DNA of 64,000 nt from Clostridia bacterium (lineage in GTDB: Bacteria; Bacillota; Clostridia; CAKSNL01; HGM11501), in the NCBI GenBank assembly GCA_017411325.1, contig JAFQQJ010000013.1:15295-79294 (forward strand). The letters are read 5' to 3'. The notes below the pieces were generated by a model, which was not told where the DNA came from, did no database searches, and saw nothing but the letters and a program-made list of their open reading frames with translations. Shown here in pieces: positions 55,435-64,000 of the stretch (the stretch's first letter is position 1; each line of letters begins with the position of its first letter). The position numbers and the translations under genes were made by a program.

Positions 55435-58011
55435 TTATATATCAATTGTGGATGTTGCACGACCATCTGATGCTTCGGAAATTATACGGCGCATGGCGTT
55501 TTCGGCGTATTCGATATCTTTTTTCAGCTCGTCCGCCGTAATTCTTACGGCACCGTGACCGAAAATAATTACCTGCTCTAAATTATCCGAGGTTGCAACT
55601 TTTACCCTGTAGTCTTTGGAAAGTTCCTTTGAGGTCTTTTCAATATAGGAGTCGGCAGTTTCCGCCTCCTTGGTATAAACGATTTTTATGCCGTTATAGT
55701 CCTCAATTTCGCGGTGCTTTCCCTTAACCTTATAGGCATCAAAAACCAGGATGATATTTATATCCTCCATGGCATTGTAGTTGCAGATTTTGTCTGCCAA
55801 AAGCTGTCTTGCCGCATCAAAGCTGTCGGAGGAGACCGCTTTTAATTCGCTCCAGGAATAAATCACATTATAGCCGTCAATCAAAAGATAGGTGGGAAGA
55901 TTCTTGTAGGGCTTCGCCTTTTGTGGCTTTTCTGATTTTGTATAATCATAAACCCGTTCTTCTTCGCGGCGATACTTGGGGCGCTTTATTTTACCGTAGG
56001 TACGCTCGAAAATTTCAAGTAATTCTGCATCGGAATAATCCTTTTTATCTCTTTTTGGTGCACTTAATGGCTCTAAAACCTCTTTTTTATCTGAAAGAAG
56101 AGGAAGGTGCATATGAGAAAATACCTCGTCCCACTTAACGGTAAATCCGCTTCCGCCGCTGCAGAAAACAGAGTCGGGGCTGTTTCTTAAATCGCTTTCG
56201 GGATCATAGTTTTTCTTTTCGATAACCTCAATGGGATTAAGGCATTCATCATAGCCGCCGTAGGAAAAGGATATGCTTCCGAGACCGTGGGTGTAGGCTG
56301 TCACCGTATCGGGATATTCCGATAAAACGGAAACGGGGCCTCTGCCTTTGATTACGGAGATGGAATCAAGCATTTCCGGCGGAGAAAAGGATGCGCCGAT
56401 TCTGTCAAGGTCTGTCATGGCTCTGCCCGTGGAGCTTGAGGGTACTTTAAGTACAAACTCATAGTAAGGCTCTAAAAGCACGCTTTCTGCCTGCATAAGC
56501 CCCTGTCTTACGGCACGGTAGGTTGCCTGGCGGAAATCACCGCCCTCTGTGTGCTTTAAGTGGGCTTTTCCGTTAACCAGTGTGATTTTCACATCGGTCA
56601 GCGGTGCACCTGTAAGTACGCCACGGTGAGTTTTTTCGGAAAGGTGAGTAAGGATTAACCTCTGCCAGTTTCGGGAAAGTATGTCTTCGCCCACCTTAGT
56701 TCCGAAAACAAGACCGCTTCCGCGTTTACCGGGCTCAATTAAAAGGTGAACCTCCGCATAGTGGCGAAGCGGCTCAAAATGGCCCACGCCCTCTACGGTA
56801 CTTTTAACGGTTTCCTTGTAGTAAATGGAGCAGCTTTCGAAATTCACATCAATGGAAAAACGTTCCGATAACTGTCTTTTCAATATTTCAAGCTGAATTT
56901 TACCCATTACGCTGACACTTATTTTTCTTGAGTCCTCGTTGAAGCTTACGGAAAGCTTGGTTTCCTCCGACTCCAGCTTTTTAAATGCGGATAAGGCATA
57001 GCTTATGTCGCATGACGGGGGAAGGGCGGCGGTATAGGTAAATACAGGCTCCGATAAAAGGGAGGAGGAATCCTCTTCAAATCCAAGTCCGCTTCCGGAG
57101 GAAAGAGATGTTATGCCGGTTGCGGCAACAATCTGTCCGGAAAAGGCTTCGGGGATTGCTTTATAGCCCGCTCCGCTATAGAGGCGAAGCTCGTTTATTT
57201 TTTCTGACGGGTTATCCTCGGAAATTACAGTTTTAACCTTTAAGGAACCGCCGGTTATCTTCATATGGGTAAGCCTTTGTCCTTTGTCATCCTCTGTAAT
57301 TTTATAAACCCTTGCACCAAAGACTTCGGGGTATATGGGCTCCTTTGTATAGGTTGAAATAGCCCCGGCAAGCTTGTCCACACCGTCATTTTTGAGGGCG
57401 GAACCGAAAAAGCAAGGGAAAAGCCTGCGTTCTTTTATGGCATCGGCCAGGGAGGAATCGGAAATTTTGCCTGACTTTATATATTCATCAAAGAGGCAGT
57501 CGGTGTTTGTTGCAACTTCCTCATAAAATTCGTCGGTAAATTCGGAAAAGTCCGCACAAAGGGGTGTTAAGCTTTCGCGTATATCGGAAAGAATGGCGTT
57601 CTTTCCTTCATTTTCAAGGTCAAGCTTGTTTATGAAAATGAATGTGGGTACAGAGTAGTGGGAAAGCAAATCCCAGAGGGTTTTGGTATGGCTTTGCACC
57701 TTTTCGGGGGCGCTTATGAGCAAAACGGCATAGTCAAGCACCGAGAGGGTGCGCTCCGCCTCGGCTGAAAAGTCAACGTGACCGGGAGTATCAAGCAAGG
57801 TTATTTCTGCATCAGAAAGCTTGAAATGAGCCTGATGGGAAAAGATAGTTATTCCGCGGTCCTTTTCCATATAGTTCGTATCAAGATGGGTATTTTTGTG
57901 GTCGACTCTTCCAAGGCTTCTTATTTCACCTGCGTTATATAAAAGCGCCTCGGACAAGGTGGTTTTACCGGAGTCAACGTGGGCAAGGATGCCCAGAGTG
58001 ATTTTTTTCAT
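55435..58011 (-). CDS. fusion protein: EF-G/Tet(M)-like translational GTPase (aa 1 to about 640) + linker + Rae1/YacP-type NYN ribonuclease domain (aa about 707-858)
   Basis: G1 AHVDSGKTT, G3 DTPGH, G4 NKLD. Tet(M)-like LSVLDYAVLLISAPEKVQSHTKTLW. EF-G domain IV/V-like LLEPYYEFVLKVP. C-terminus LLIDGYNVIYSW...ILVFDAYKVKG...YTKEAETADSYIE...VATSDNLEQVIIFGHGAVR aligns by eye with B. subtilis YacP/Rae1. One uninterrupted 858-aa ORF. Confidence 0.85.
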   Translation of the reverse strand: MKKITLGILAHVDSGKTTLSEALLYNAGEIRSLGRVDHKNTHLDTNYMEKDRGITIFSHQAHFKLSDAEITLLDTPGHVDFSAEAERTLSVLDYAVLLISAPEKVQSHTKTLWDLLSHYSVPTFIFINKLDLENEGKNAILSDIRESLTPLCADFSEFTDEFYEEVATNTDCLFDEYIKSGKISDSSLADAIKERRLFPCFFGSALKNDGVDKLAGAISTYTKEPIYPEVFGARVYKITEDDKGQRLTHMKITGGSLKVKTVISEDNPSEKINELRLYSGAGYKAIPEAFSGQIVAATGITSLSSGSGLGFEEDSSSLLSEPVFTYTAALPPSCDISYALSAFKKLESEETKLSVSFNEDSRKISVSVMGKIQLEILKRQLSERFSIDVNFESCSIYYKETVKSTVEGVGHFEPLRHYAEVHLLIEPGKRGSGLVFGTKVGEDILSRNWQRLILTHLSEKTHRGVLTGAPLTDVKITLVNGKAHLKHTEGGDFRQATYRAVRQGLMQAESVLLEPYYEFVLKVPSSSTGRAMTDLDRIGASFSPPEMLDSISVIKGRGPVSVLSEYPDTVTAYTHGLGSISFSYGGYDECLNPIEVIEKKNYDPESDLRNSPDSVFCSGGSGFTVKWDEVFSHMHLPLLSDKKEVLEPLSAPKRDKKDYSDAELLEIFERTYGKIKRPKYRREEERVYDYTKSEKPQKAKPYKNLPTYLLIDGYNVIYSWSELKAVSSDSFDAARQLLADKICNYNAMEDINIILVFDAYKVKGKHREIEDYNGIKIVYTKEAETADSYIEKTSKELSKDYRVKVATSDNLEQVIIFGHGAVRITADELKKDIEYAENAMRRIISEASDGRATSTIDI

Positions 58012-58021
58012 AGCTTATTCC

Positions 58022-58744
58022 TTATTTTAATCTTAGTGATATTTCGCCGGAATCAAGAATTTCTTCTTCGCCATTGGCTTTTTTTACCAAAAGTGCGCCT
58101 GAATCTAAAATTTTTACGGCTTTGCCTTCATATGTTTCACCGTTTTTTATGTAAGATATATCTTCGCCCGGCACCAGGCTGAATTTTCTGTAATCCTCCA
58201 TAAAGGAATATGAGCCTTCATCGAAATAGCTTTTAAGCCTTGAAGCAATTTCTAATGCAAGTAAGGCGGGGGAAATGTCCTTTTCAAGGCTTGATGCAAT
58301 ATTTTTTATATCGGAAGGAAAATCTGCAGTTGTTAAGTTTATGCCTATGCCGACTATTATGAAAGGATTTTCGCCCAAAACGGATTCTGTCAGTATACCG
58401 CAGATTTTTTTCCCGTCTTTATAAATATCGTTTACCCATTTTATTCTGCAAAGCTCTCCGGTGAGAGAATGGATTGATTCAACAACGGAAACCGCGGCGG
58501 CTGATGTCATATAAAGGAAGTCCTTTGAATCTTTGTCTATGGGAAAGCCGACGGTCATATAAAGCCCTGTATCTTTAGGAGAAAAGAAGGTTTTGCCCTG
58601 TCTTCCTCTTCCGGCGGTCTGTTCCTTTGCGATTATAATGAAAGGACTTTTTTCGCCGTCTTTAATTATCCTTTTGGCATCATTGTTGGTGGAGCCGGTA
58701 ATATCCAATGATATTAGCTTGAAATTGTTATTCAAATCAGACAT
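58022..58744 (-). CDS. birA: biotin--[acetyl-CoA-carboxylase] ligase (no N-terminal HTH)
   Basis: 240 aa. Motifs GRGRQGKTFFSP and KWVNDIY. Confidence 0.85.
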   Translation of the reverse strand: MSDLNNNFKLISLDITGSTNNDAKRIIKDGEKSPFIIIAKEQTAGRGRQGKTFFSPKDTGLYMTVGFPIDKDSKDFLYMTSAAAVSVVESIHSLTGELCRIKWVNDIYKDGKKICGILTESVLGENPFIIVGIGINLTTADFPSDIKNIASSLEKDISPALLALEIASRLKSYFDEGSYSFMEDYRKFSLVPGEDISYIKNGETYEGKAVKILDSGALLVKKANGEEEILDSGEISLRLK

Positions 58745-60188
58745 TTTGCTTCTCCCTTTTCTTTCGCAATAATGATATTAAAATGGAGACAATGGAATAG
58801 ATTAAAACAGGTATATCTCCCCACATAGTATATGGGGTTATTTCATCTGTCAGCAGTAATTCGCCTTTGATTGTACCTGAATCATTTAATGGGATGGAAG
58901 AGATGATATTTCCCTTTGTATCAATGAAGGCGGAGATGCCGGTGCAGGCACTTCTTGCAACATAACGGCCGTTTTCAACAGAACGGTAAACGCTGTGATA
59001 AAGATGAAGACGTGCGGCATTACCCTTTGAAAACCAGGAGTCGTTGGTGGATACGCATAAAAGACGGGCGCCTTCTTTTACCGCTTCCCTTGAATAGGAG
59101 GGAAACATAGAGTCAAAGCATATTACGGGGCCTAAGCTGTAATCGCTTAAAAGCTTTGGCACCTTTCCTTTTGAAAGTCCCGCTTCCCGCGCTTCGGATG
59201 AAAAAATGTCAAAAATCGGATAATACTCTCCGTAGGGTACGGGGTGTCTTTTGTGATAAATCTCGCCATCAACATAAGGCAGGAGATAAACGGAAGTGTA
59301 TCTTTTTCCGTCACTGTCAGAAAAAAGGGAACCCAAAAGAACTGTTACATTGTTTTCCTTTGCGGCATCAGACAATGTTTCAAGTGCGGTGTTTTTGTTA
59401 AGATGAAGAGGGATTGCGCTTTCTGCGAAAAGCACAATTTCAGCATCTGAAATTTCATTTATTGAATCCTCGACTATTATGTTCGGAGGTGTAAGCCACT
59501 TGTCATACCCCCCGTATCCGTTCTGCACCACCTTTACCGTGACAGCTTCTCCTTCTTCGGGTATGGTGTACAGATAAGCCGAAACAAATGTATTTGCCAT
59601 AAGAAGGATTAATGGGAAAAGCATCGGCCTGATGGATTTTCTCAAAAAGCACATTGAAAAGGAAGATGCAAAATATATTACAATAAAGGAAATGAACAAT
59701 GAACCGAAAAGTGAAGCGCTTTGTATAAAGTAAGGACAGGCAGCAAAGGGAATTGAAATCCTTCCGAAAGGATATCCTGTAAAAAAGTCGGGAAGGGCAA
59801 TTAAATATTCATATATCACCCAGAGCGAAGAAAAAAGGAGCGGGTGAAATCCGGAAAAAGTCTTTTTCTTGGCCATAACGAAGAGCTTTGCAAAAAGTGC
59901 GGTGAAGAGCCCTTCTGCGGCGGAAAGAAGCAGATATGCAAGGAAAGGAAAAAGCTTCTGATAAAACAGATTTGGTGTTATAAATGAAATGTCGAAGCTG
60001 GATAAATATACGGAATTAAACATATAAAAAAATGTGCCGAAAACGAAGCCCTTAAAGAAAGGCCGCTTTTCGTCATAAAGCGAAAAATAAAAAAGCCCCG
60101 GAGCAAATAAAAGCAACGGCCAGGCATTTTCGGTTATGAAAGCGAGACCTGAAAGCACTCCTGAAAGTATTGAAAAAATAATTGCCAT
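58737..60188 (-). CDS. lnt: apolipoprotein N-acyltransferase-like protein (polytopic N-domain + CN-hydrolase domain)
   Basis: About 7-8 TM, then a nitrilase-fold domain with candidate E-K-C triad (LFAESAIP, YHKRHPVPYGEY, PVICFDSMF). ATG 60188 behind AAGGAG preferred over GTG 60227. 8-nt overlap with birA. Confidence 0.7.
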   Translation of the reverse strand: MAIIFSILSGVLSGLAFITENAWPLLLFAPGLFYFSLYDEKRPFFKGFVFGTFFYMFNSVYLSSFDISFITPNLFYQKLFPFLAYLLLSAAEGLFTALFAKLFVMAKKKTFSGFHPLLFSSLWVIYEYLIALPDFFTGYPFGRISIPFAACPYFIQSASLFGSLFISFIVIYFASSFSMCFLRKSIRPMLFPLILLMANTFVSAYLYTIPEEGEAVTVKVVQNGYGGYDKWLTPPNIIVEDSINEISDAEIVLFAESAIPLHLNKNTALETLSDAAKENNVTVLLGSLFSDSDGKRYTSVYLLPYVDGEIYHKRHPVPYGEYYPIFDIFSSEAREAGLSKGKVPKLLSDYSLGPVICFDSMFPSYSREAVKEGARLLCVSTNDSWFSKGNAARLHLYHSVYRSVENGRYVARSACTGISAFIDTKGNIISSIPLNDSGTIKGELLLTDEITPYTMWGDIPVLIYSIVSILISLLRKKREKQNV

Positions 60189-60256
60189 AAAAAGCTCCTT
60201 TTCCTTAAATATAGTATATTTTAGCACAAAATAAGAAATATATCAATAAAAAAATC

Positions 60257-60285
60257 TTGATAAAGAAAAGAAAGTGTATTATAAT
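60257..60285 (+). promoter_or_regulatory. sigmaA-type promoter for murT-gatD
   Basis: TTGATA (60257-60262), 17-bp spacer, TATAAT (60280-60285). Confidence 0.55.
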
Positions 60286-60320
60286 ATTAGAATAAGCTAC
60301 TAAGGCAGGATGTGTTTGAA

Positions 60321-61634
60321 ATGGATAAGTTTATTATATATTTATTTAAGTTTGTTTCTGCGGTTCTTAAAGCACTTGGAGGAGGAAGCTCACTGCCGGG
60401 GAAAATGGCTCTGAAAATACGCCCCGGTATACTGAAAAGTGCCGCAGAGGGCTATAAAGTTATAATGGTGACCGGAACCAACGGAAAAACGACTACAAGT
60501 TCTATGATAACGGGGATTTTGGGGAATGCGGGCTATAAGGTTATAAGCAATTCATCCGGAGCCAATATGATAGACGGAATTGTAACCTGCTTTATAAACA
60601 ACTATAAAAAGGGTGAGTGGGCTGTTATTGAGTGTGATGAGGCATATACAAGAATTGTAAACCGCTACATAAAGCCTGAGTATATGGTACTTACGAATGT
60701 ATTCAGAGATCAGCTGGACAGATTCGGTGAGGTATCAAATACCTGGGGAAAAATTAAGGATGCCATAGAGCTTTCGCCCAGGACAAAGCTTGTGGTAAAC
60801 GGAGATTTGCCTCTTTTTTCAAAAATAGAAGGAGATAATCCTAAGCATTATTTCGGTTTTTCGGAGTTTTTCGGTAAAATGAGTGACGATTTGGAGCCGA
60901 CCTTTTGTCCCGAATGCGGAGAAAAATTCAGATATAAAAATATCACGGTTAAAAATCTGGGAGATTATTACTGTCCCGGATGCGGATTTAAAAGAGCTGA
61001 ATGCGAATATATGGTTGAATCTTTTGAAAAATTAACATCAGAAAGCTCGGAGGTTACAATTTCGGGAGAAAACATAAAGCTTTCGGTTGCGGGTATTTAC
61101 AATGTATATAATGCTCTTGCGGCCTTTACCGTTACGCATCTTATGGGGGTTCCGAAAAGTCTTATAAAGGCGGGAATAGAAAAGCAGCAAAGCTGCTTCG
61201 GCCGTGATGAGATAATTAATGTCGGGGACAATAAGCTTCAGATTTCGCTTATAAAAAATCCTACAGGCTGTGATTTATGTATTGAAACTATTGCACTTTG
61301 CACGGAAAAATGTAATCTTTTGGTTGTACTTAACGACAACTGGGGAGACGGCACTGATGTTTCGTGGGTGTGGGATGCACACTTTGAAAAGCTTTTATCC
61401 ATGGATTATGACAAGGTTATAATAAGCGGTAAAAGACGATATGATATGGCTGTAAGGCTTGAGGCGGCAGGTTTTTCCGGGGAGAATTTTATTCTTTGCG
61501 AATCGGATGATGAAATAATTGAAACTGTAAAGGGCTTAAAGGACAGAACCTTCGCCCTTTGTACCTATACCGGAATGATGAATTTGCGAAAAGCACTTTA
61601 TGTGAAGGGCTATGCAAAAGAAATGTGGAAATAA
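60321..61634 (+). CDS. murT: lipid II isoglutaminyl synthase, Mur-ligase-like subunit MurT
   Basis: Motif VTGTNGKTTT. Zinc ribbon CPECG...CPGCG. DUF1727-like C-terminus. Followed by gatD. Confidence 0.85.
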   Translation: MDKFIIYLFKFVSAVLKALGGGSSLPGKMALKIRPGILKSAAEGYKVIMVTGTNGKTTTSSMITGILGNAGYKVISNSSGANMIDGIVTCFINNYKKGEWAVIECDEAYTRIVNRYIKPEYMVLTNVFRDQLDRFGEVSNTWGKIKDAIELSPRTKLVVNGDLPLFSKIEGDNPKHYFGFSEFFGKMSDDLEPTFCPECGEKFRYKNITVKNLGDYYCPGCGFKRAECEYMVESFEKLTSESSEVTISGENIKLSVAGIYNVYNALAAFTVTHLMGVPKSLIKAGIEKQQSCFGRDEIINVGDNKLQISLIKNPTGCDLCIETIALCTEKCNLLVVLNDNWGDGTDVSWVWDAHFEKLLSMDYDKVIISGKRRYDMAVRLEAAGFSGENFILCESDDEIIETVKGLKDRTFALCTYTGMMNLRKALYVKGYAKEMWK

Positions 61635-61646
61635 GAGGGCGTATTT

Positions 61647-62372
61647 ATGGAACTTGAAATAGTACATCTTTATCAGGATCTTTTGAACACCTACGGAGAT
61701 AACGGAAATATATTACTTATCAAAAGGCGCGCTGAAAAGCGGGGGATAAGTGTAAAAATAAAAAATGTTTCCGTGGGAGATTCGATTAATTCAGCCGATA
61801 TCTTATTCCTTGGCGGAGGGCAGGAATATGAACAGAGCCTTGTGTGTGATGATATAATAAAAAACAGAGCGGATTTTCTCAAAGGATATACCGAGGACGG
61901 AGGAGTGGGACTCTTTGTCTGCGGAGGTTATCAGCTTATGGGAGAATATTTTGCCGACGCATCCGGAAAAAAGGTCAGGGGAGCATCGGTTCTTCCTGTG
62001 AGGACGGAAGGCTCTGACGGCAGATTTACCGGAAATATCATAGTAAACAGCAGCCTTGAAACGCTTGTAGGCTTTGAAAATCACACGGGAAAAACCTATC
62101 TTGAGGGCGGAGAGTCCCTTGGAGAGGTAATGTTCGGAAACGGAAACAACGGAAAGGATAAAACCGAGGGAATAAGATATAAAAATGCGGTGGGAACATA
62201 TATGCATGGACCGCTTTTTTCTAAAAATCCTGCACTTTGCGATGATTTGATCCGCCGTGCAATGATAAGAAAATACGGCTCGTGTGTGCTGGAGCCTCTC
62301 AGCGATACCTATGAGCTTTTAGCAAAGCAGGATATGATTAAGAAATTGCTGAAAGAAGACGGCGCAAAATAA
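61647..62372 (+). CDS. gatD: lipid II isoglutaminyl synthase, glutaminase subunit GatD (CobQ-type amidotransferase)
   Basis: 241 aa. Nucleophile region FVCGGYQLMG and His region YMHGPLF. Confidence 0.85.
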   Translation: MELEIVHLYQDLLNTYGDNGNILLIKRRAEKRGISVKIKNVSVGDSINSADILFLGGGQEYEQSLVCDDIIKNRADFLKGYTEDGGVGLFVCGGYQLMGEYFADASGKKVRGASVLPVRTEGSDGRFTGNIIVNSSLETLVGFENHTGKTYLEGGESLGEVMFGNGNNGKDKTEGIRYKNAVGTYMHGPLFSKNPALCDDLIRRAMIRKYGSCVLEPLSDTYELLAKQDMIKKLLKEDGAK

Positions 62373-63297
62373 TCTTTATTGAAGCAAGCACCGGGATTCC
62401 GAAAATAACACCGGGAAAACCGAAAAATGCGGCACCTAAATAAACTGCGATGAAAGCCGAAGCGGGTGAAATATCTACGCTGTCGGCTTTTATTTTGGGC
62501 GAGAGGAAGGTGTTTTCTACAAATTGTGTTAAAAGTACGGCTGCAAGGGATAAAAGTGCCGATAAGGGAGAGGAAAGATATGCGATTAAAACTATGGGAA
62601 CTCCGCCTAAAAAGGGGCCGATGGTGGGAATAAAGCAAAAAATACCGTATATCAGTGAAAGGACAAGTGCATGCTTTACGCCCAGAATAAGAAGAAGGAT
62701 AAATGTTATTCCGGTTAAAAAGGCAGAGACTAAAACCTGACCTCTGAAAAAGCCCTTGAACACAGCGTCTATTTCCCGCACTACGGGGATGAATTTATCT
62801 GTTATCCTTTCGGGAAAGAGGGCGTAAATCCCCTTTTTGAAGGAAGAAGTATCCATAAGAAAAAAACAGGACAGCACCAAAGCGAAGGCTGAAGAGACAA
62901 GAAAGGAAAAGGCATCCTTTATGAAAAGAGAAACATTGTCTGCTTTAATGCTTAAATAGGAAATTATTTCCGAAAAGACGGAAGAAGGGATAAACGAAGA
63001 TATTTTATCATAAAGAGCCGGCAGATATGCAATAAAGCTTTCGATGGCAGATAAAAATGTGGGCATAATGAAAGCTACAAGCGAAACGAGAAGGCCTGTT
63101 ATCAGCGCATAAAAAAGAATGGCAGCCACTATTTTCGGCATTCTTTCAGACATAAAGTTTACGAAGGGTGATGCGATATAAGTTAAAATAAGGGCTGCGA
63201 GTATAGGAGAAAAAACGGTCAGAATTTTTTGACCGAAAAAGAAAAGCAGAAAAAAAGCGATTAAAAATGCAGGCAGAATGTAGTGTCTTTTTGTCAT
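62338..63297 (-). CDS. AI-2E (PerM/YhhT) family transporter
   Basis: 319 aa, multi-TM. C-terminal pattern FLGGVPIVLIA...SPKIKADSVDISPASAFIAVYLGAAFFGFPGVIFGIPV. Confidence 0.8.
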   Translation of the reverse strand: MTKRHYILPAFLIAFFLLFFFGQKILTVFSPILAALILTYIASPFVNFMSERMPKIVAAILFYALITGLLVSLVAFIMPTFLSAIESFIAYLPALYDKISSFIPSSVFSEIISYLSIKADNVSLFIKDAFSFLVSSAFALVLSCFFLMDTSSFKKGIYALFPERITDKFIPVVREIDAVFKGFFRGQVLVSAFLTGITFILLLILGVKHALVLSLIYGIFCFIPTIGPFLGGVPIVLIAYLSSPLSALLSLAAVLLTQFVENTFLSPKIKADSVDISPASAFIAVYLGAAFFGFPGVIFGIPVLASIKIILRRLLSAIS

Positions 63298-63333
63298 TTG
63301 ATATCCCCCTTATGTAGGCAGGACGAGCCTGCC

Positions 63334-63510
63334 TCAAAACATATCCGCAAAGCTATCTAAGGTGTGCTCGATGGATTTGCATATTTTATTTCCCTTCTTG
63401 CGGATACATTTTTTGTGTTTCTTGTCAACGGGTTCTGTGAGAGCACCTACGGCCATGCCGATTAAGGCTCCGGATAAAAGGCCCATTGAAAAATTAACTA
63501 TTTTTGTCAT
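63334..63510 (-). CDS. small membrane protein (58 aa), unknown function
   Basis: ATG 63510 behind AAGGAG gives MTKIVNFSMGLLSGALIGMAVGAL... followed by a basic tail. Confidence 0.45.
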   Translation of the reverse strand: MTKIVNFSMGLLSGALIGMAVGALTEPVDKKHKKCIRKKGNKICKSIEHTLDSFADMF

Positions 63511-64000
63511 AACTGCTCCTTGCACCAAGTGCCTTGAGTCCTTTGCCGTTTGATAATAAAGCCGGATTTTCTGCTTTTATCAAGCCGTGCTCCTCTGTTA
63601 TGGAATCGGCTCTTAAAAGTTTGCGCCCGTTTATAATATCGTCGGCAATGCTTTTGCCTATTAAAAGCTCGGTGAGGCTGCCTGCTTCCATATCGAAAAA
63701 TCCGTCTTTTACGGTTCCTATGCTGACGCTGCTTCCCGCCGGCACTGTTTTAAGACCGATAATATGGCGGAAGCTTAAAAATTTTTCCTTCGGGGCTTTT
63801 ATAAATTTAACTCCGGGGCCGAAAACTGAAACCTCGTGAGTGCCGGTATAAATTATATCCCCGGGAGCATAAAGGCGGTTCTGATAAATAAGGCTTCTGT
63901 TTGTGGCAACAATGCCGAAAATTTCGGTGGAATTTTCCTTTAAAAAAATATCCGAAACCGTTCCTATTTTCCGTCCTGACGGATACTGGATTACAGGTGT
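63494..64000 (-). CDS. PRC-barrel domain protein (YlmC/YmxH-like), C-terminal part; gene runs off the window end
   Basis: My translation of the minus strand is open from 64000 to the stop at 63494: ...GRKIGTVSDIFLKENSTEIFGIVAT...SIGTVKDGFFDMEAGSLTELLIG... (two PRC-barrel-like units). The ORF track shows only the last 83 aa from an internal GTG. Confidence 0.6.
   Translation of the reverse strand, partial: TPVIQYPSGRKIGTVSDIFLKENSTEIFGIVATNRSLIYQNRLYAPGDIIYTGTHEVSVFGPGVKFIKAPKEKFLSFRHIIGLKTVPAGSSVSIGTVKDGFFDMEAGSLTELLIGKSIADDIINGRKLLRADSITEEHGLIKAENPALLSNGKGLKALGARSSYDKNS

Noticed and set aside
55435-58011. Calling the GTPase a tetracycline-resistance ribosomal protection protein (Tet(M)/Tet(O))
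   Set aside because: Only the G-domain is Tet(M)-like. The domain IV loop region (HLKHTEGGDFRQAT) does not resemble the Tet(M) YSPVSTPADFR loop. The protein also carries an extra NYN domain and sits among housekeeping genes with no mobile-element context. A resistance call is not supported.
1-64000. tRNA, rRNA, riboswitch or other structured-RNA genes
   Set aside because: I inspected the longer intergenic regions (1477-1723, 3625-3822, 19740-20145, 46914-47221, 53982-54297, 60189-60320) by eye. I found only repeats, promoters and terminators, with no cloverleaf-compatible or known riboswitch core sequences. A covariance-model scan (Infernal/Rfam, tRNAscan-SE) would be needed to be certain.

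Overview
This is a 64-kb chromosomal window from a Firmicute of class Clostridia. That placement is inferred from gene content (spoIID, sepF-yggT-ylmH-divIVA, murT-gatD, argCJBD); I cannot place it more precisely without a database search. I support about 55 protein genes and saw no rRNA, tRNA or CRISPR. The backbone is housekeeping: thiI-iscS, trpS, tagO, argCJBD, miaB-mutS-mutL-miaA, yggS-sepF-yggT-ylmH-divIVA-lspA-rluD, lnt-birA and murT-gatD. Four accessory parts stand out. (1) At 14.7-19.7 kb there is a complete-looking phase-variation switch. A tyrosine recombinase is followed by two 26-bp core sites in inverted orientation. These flank a 203-bp segment that carries a consensus promoter on one strand and an intrinsic terminator on the other. 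The switch sits directly upstream of a 1221-aa secreted beta-helix protein. (2) At 46.9-50.7 kb there is an AT-rich array of five unrelated same-strand ORFs. Every ORF boundary carries the same tripartite junction sequence. The array has one consensus promoter in front and one terminator behind, so it has integron-like logic but no attC-like sites and no adjacent integrase. Two copies of a CGATAT-rich palindromic element sit at junctions. (3) At 55.4-58.0 kb an EF-G/Tet(M)-like translational GTPase is fused in frame to a Rae1/YacP-type NYN ribonuclease domain. (4) At 35-47 kb a two-gene carbohydrate-binding surface module is duplicated around a PocR-AraC regulator. Smaller oddities are a Sir2-aldose-epimerase fusion, an E. 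coli-type Lnt homolog, two families of palindromic intergenic repeats and an inverted-repeat-bounded intergenic segment. All coordinates and motifs were read by eye from the sequence. Family assignments rest on recognised motifs, not on searches.
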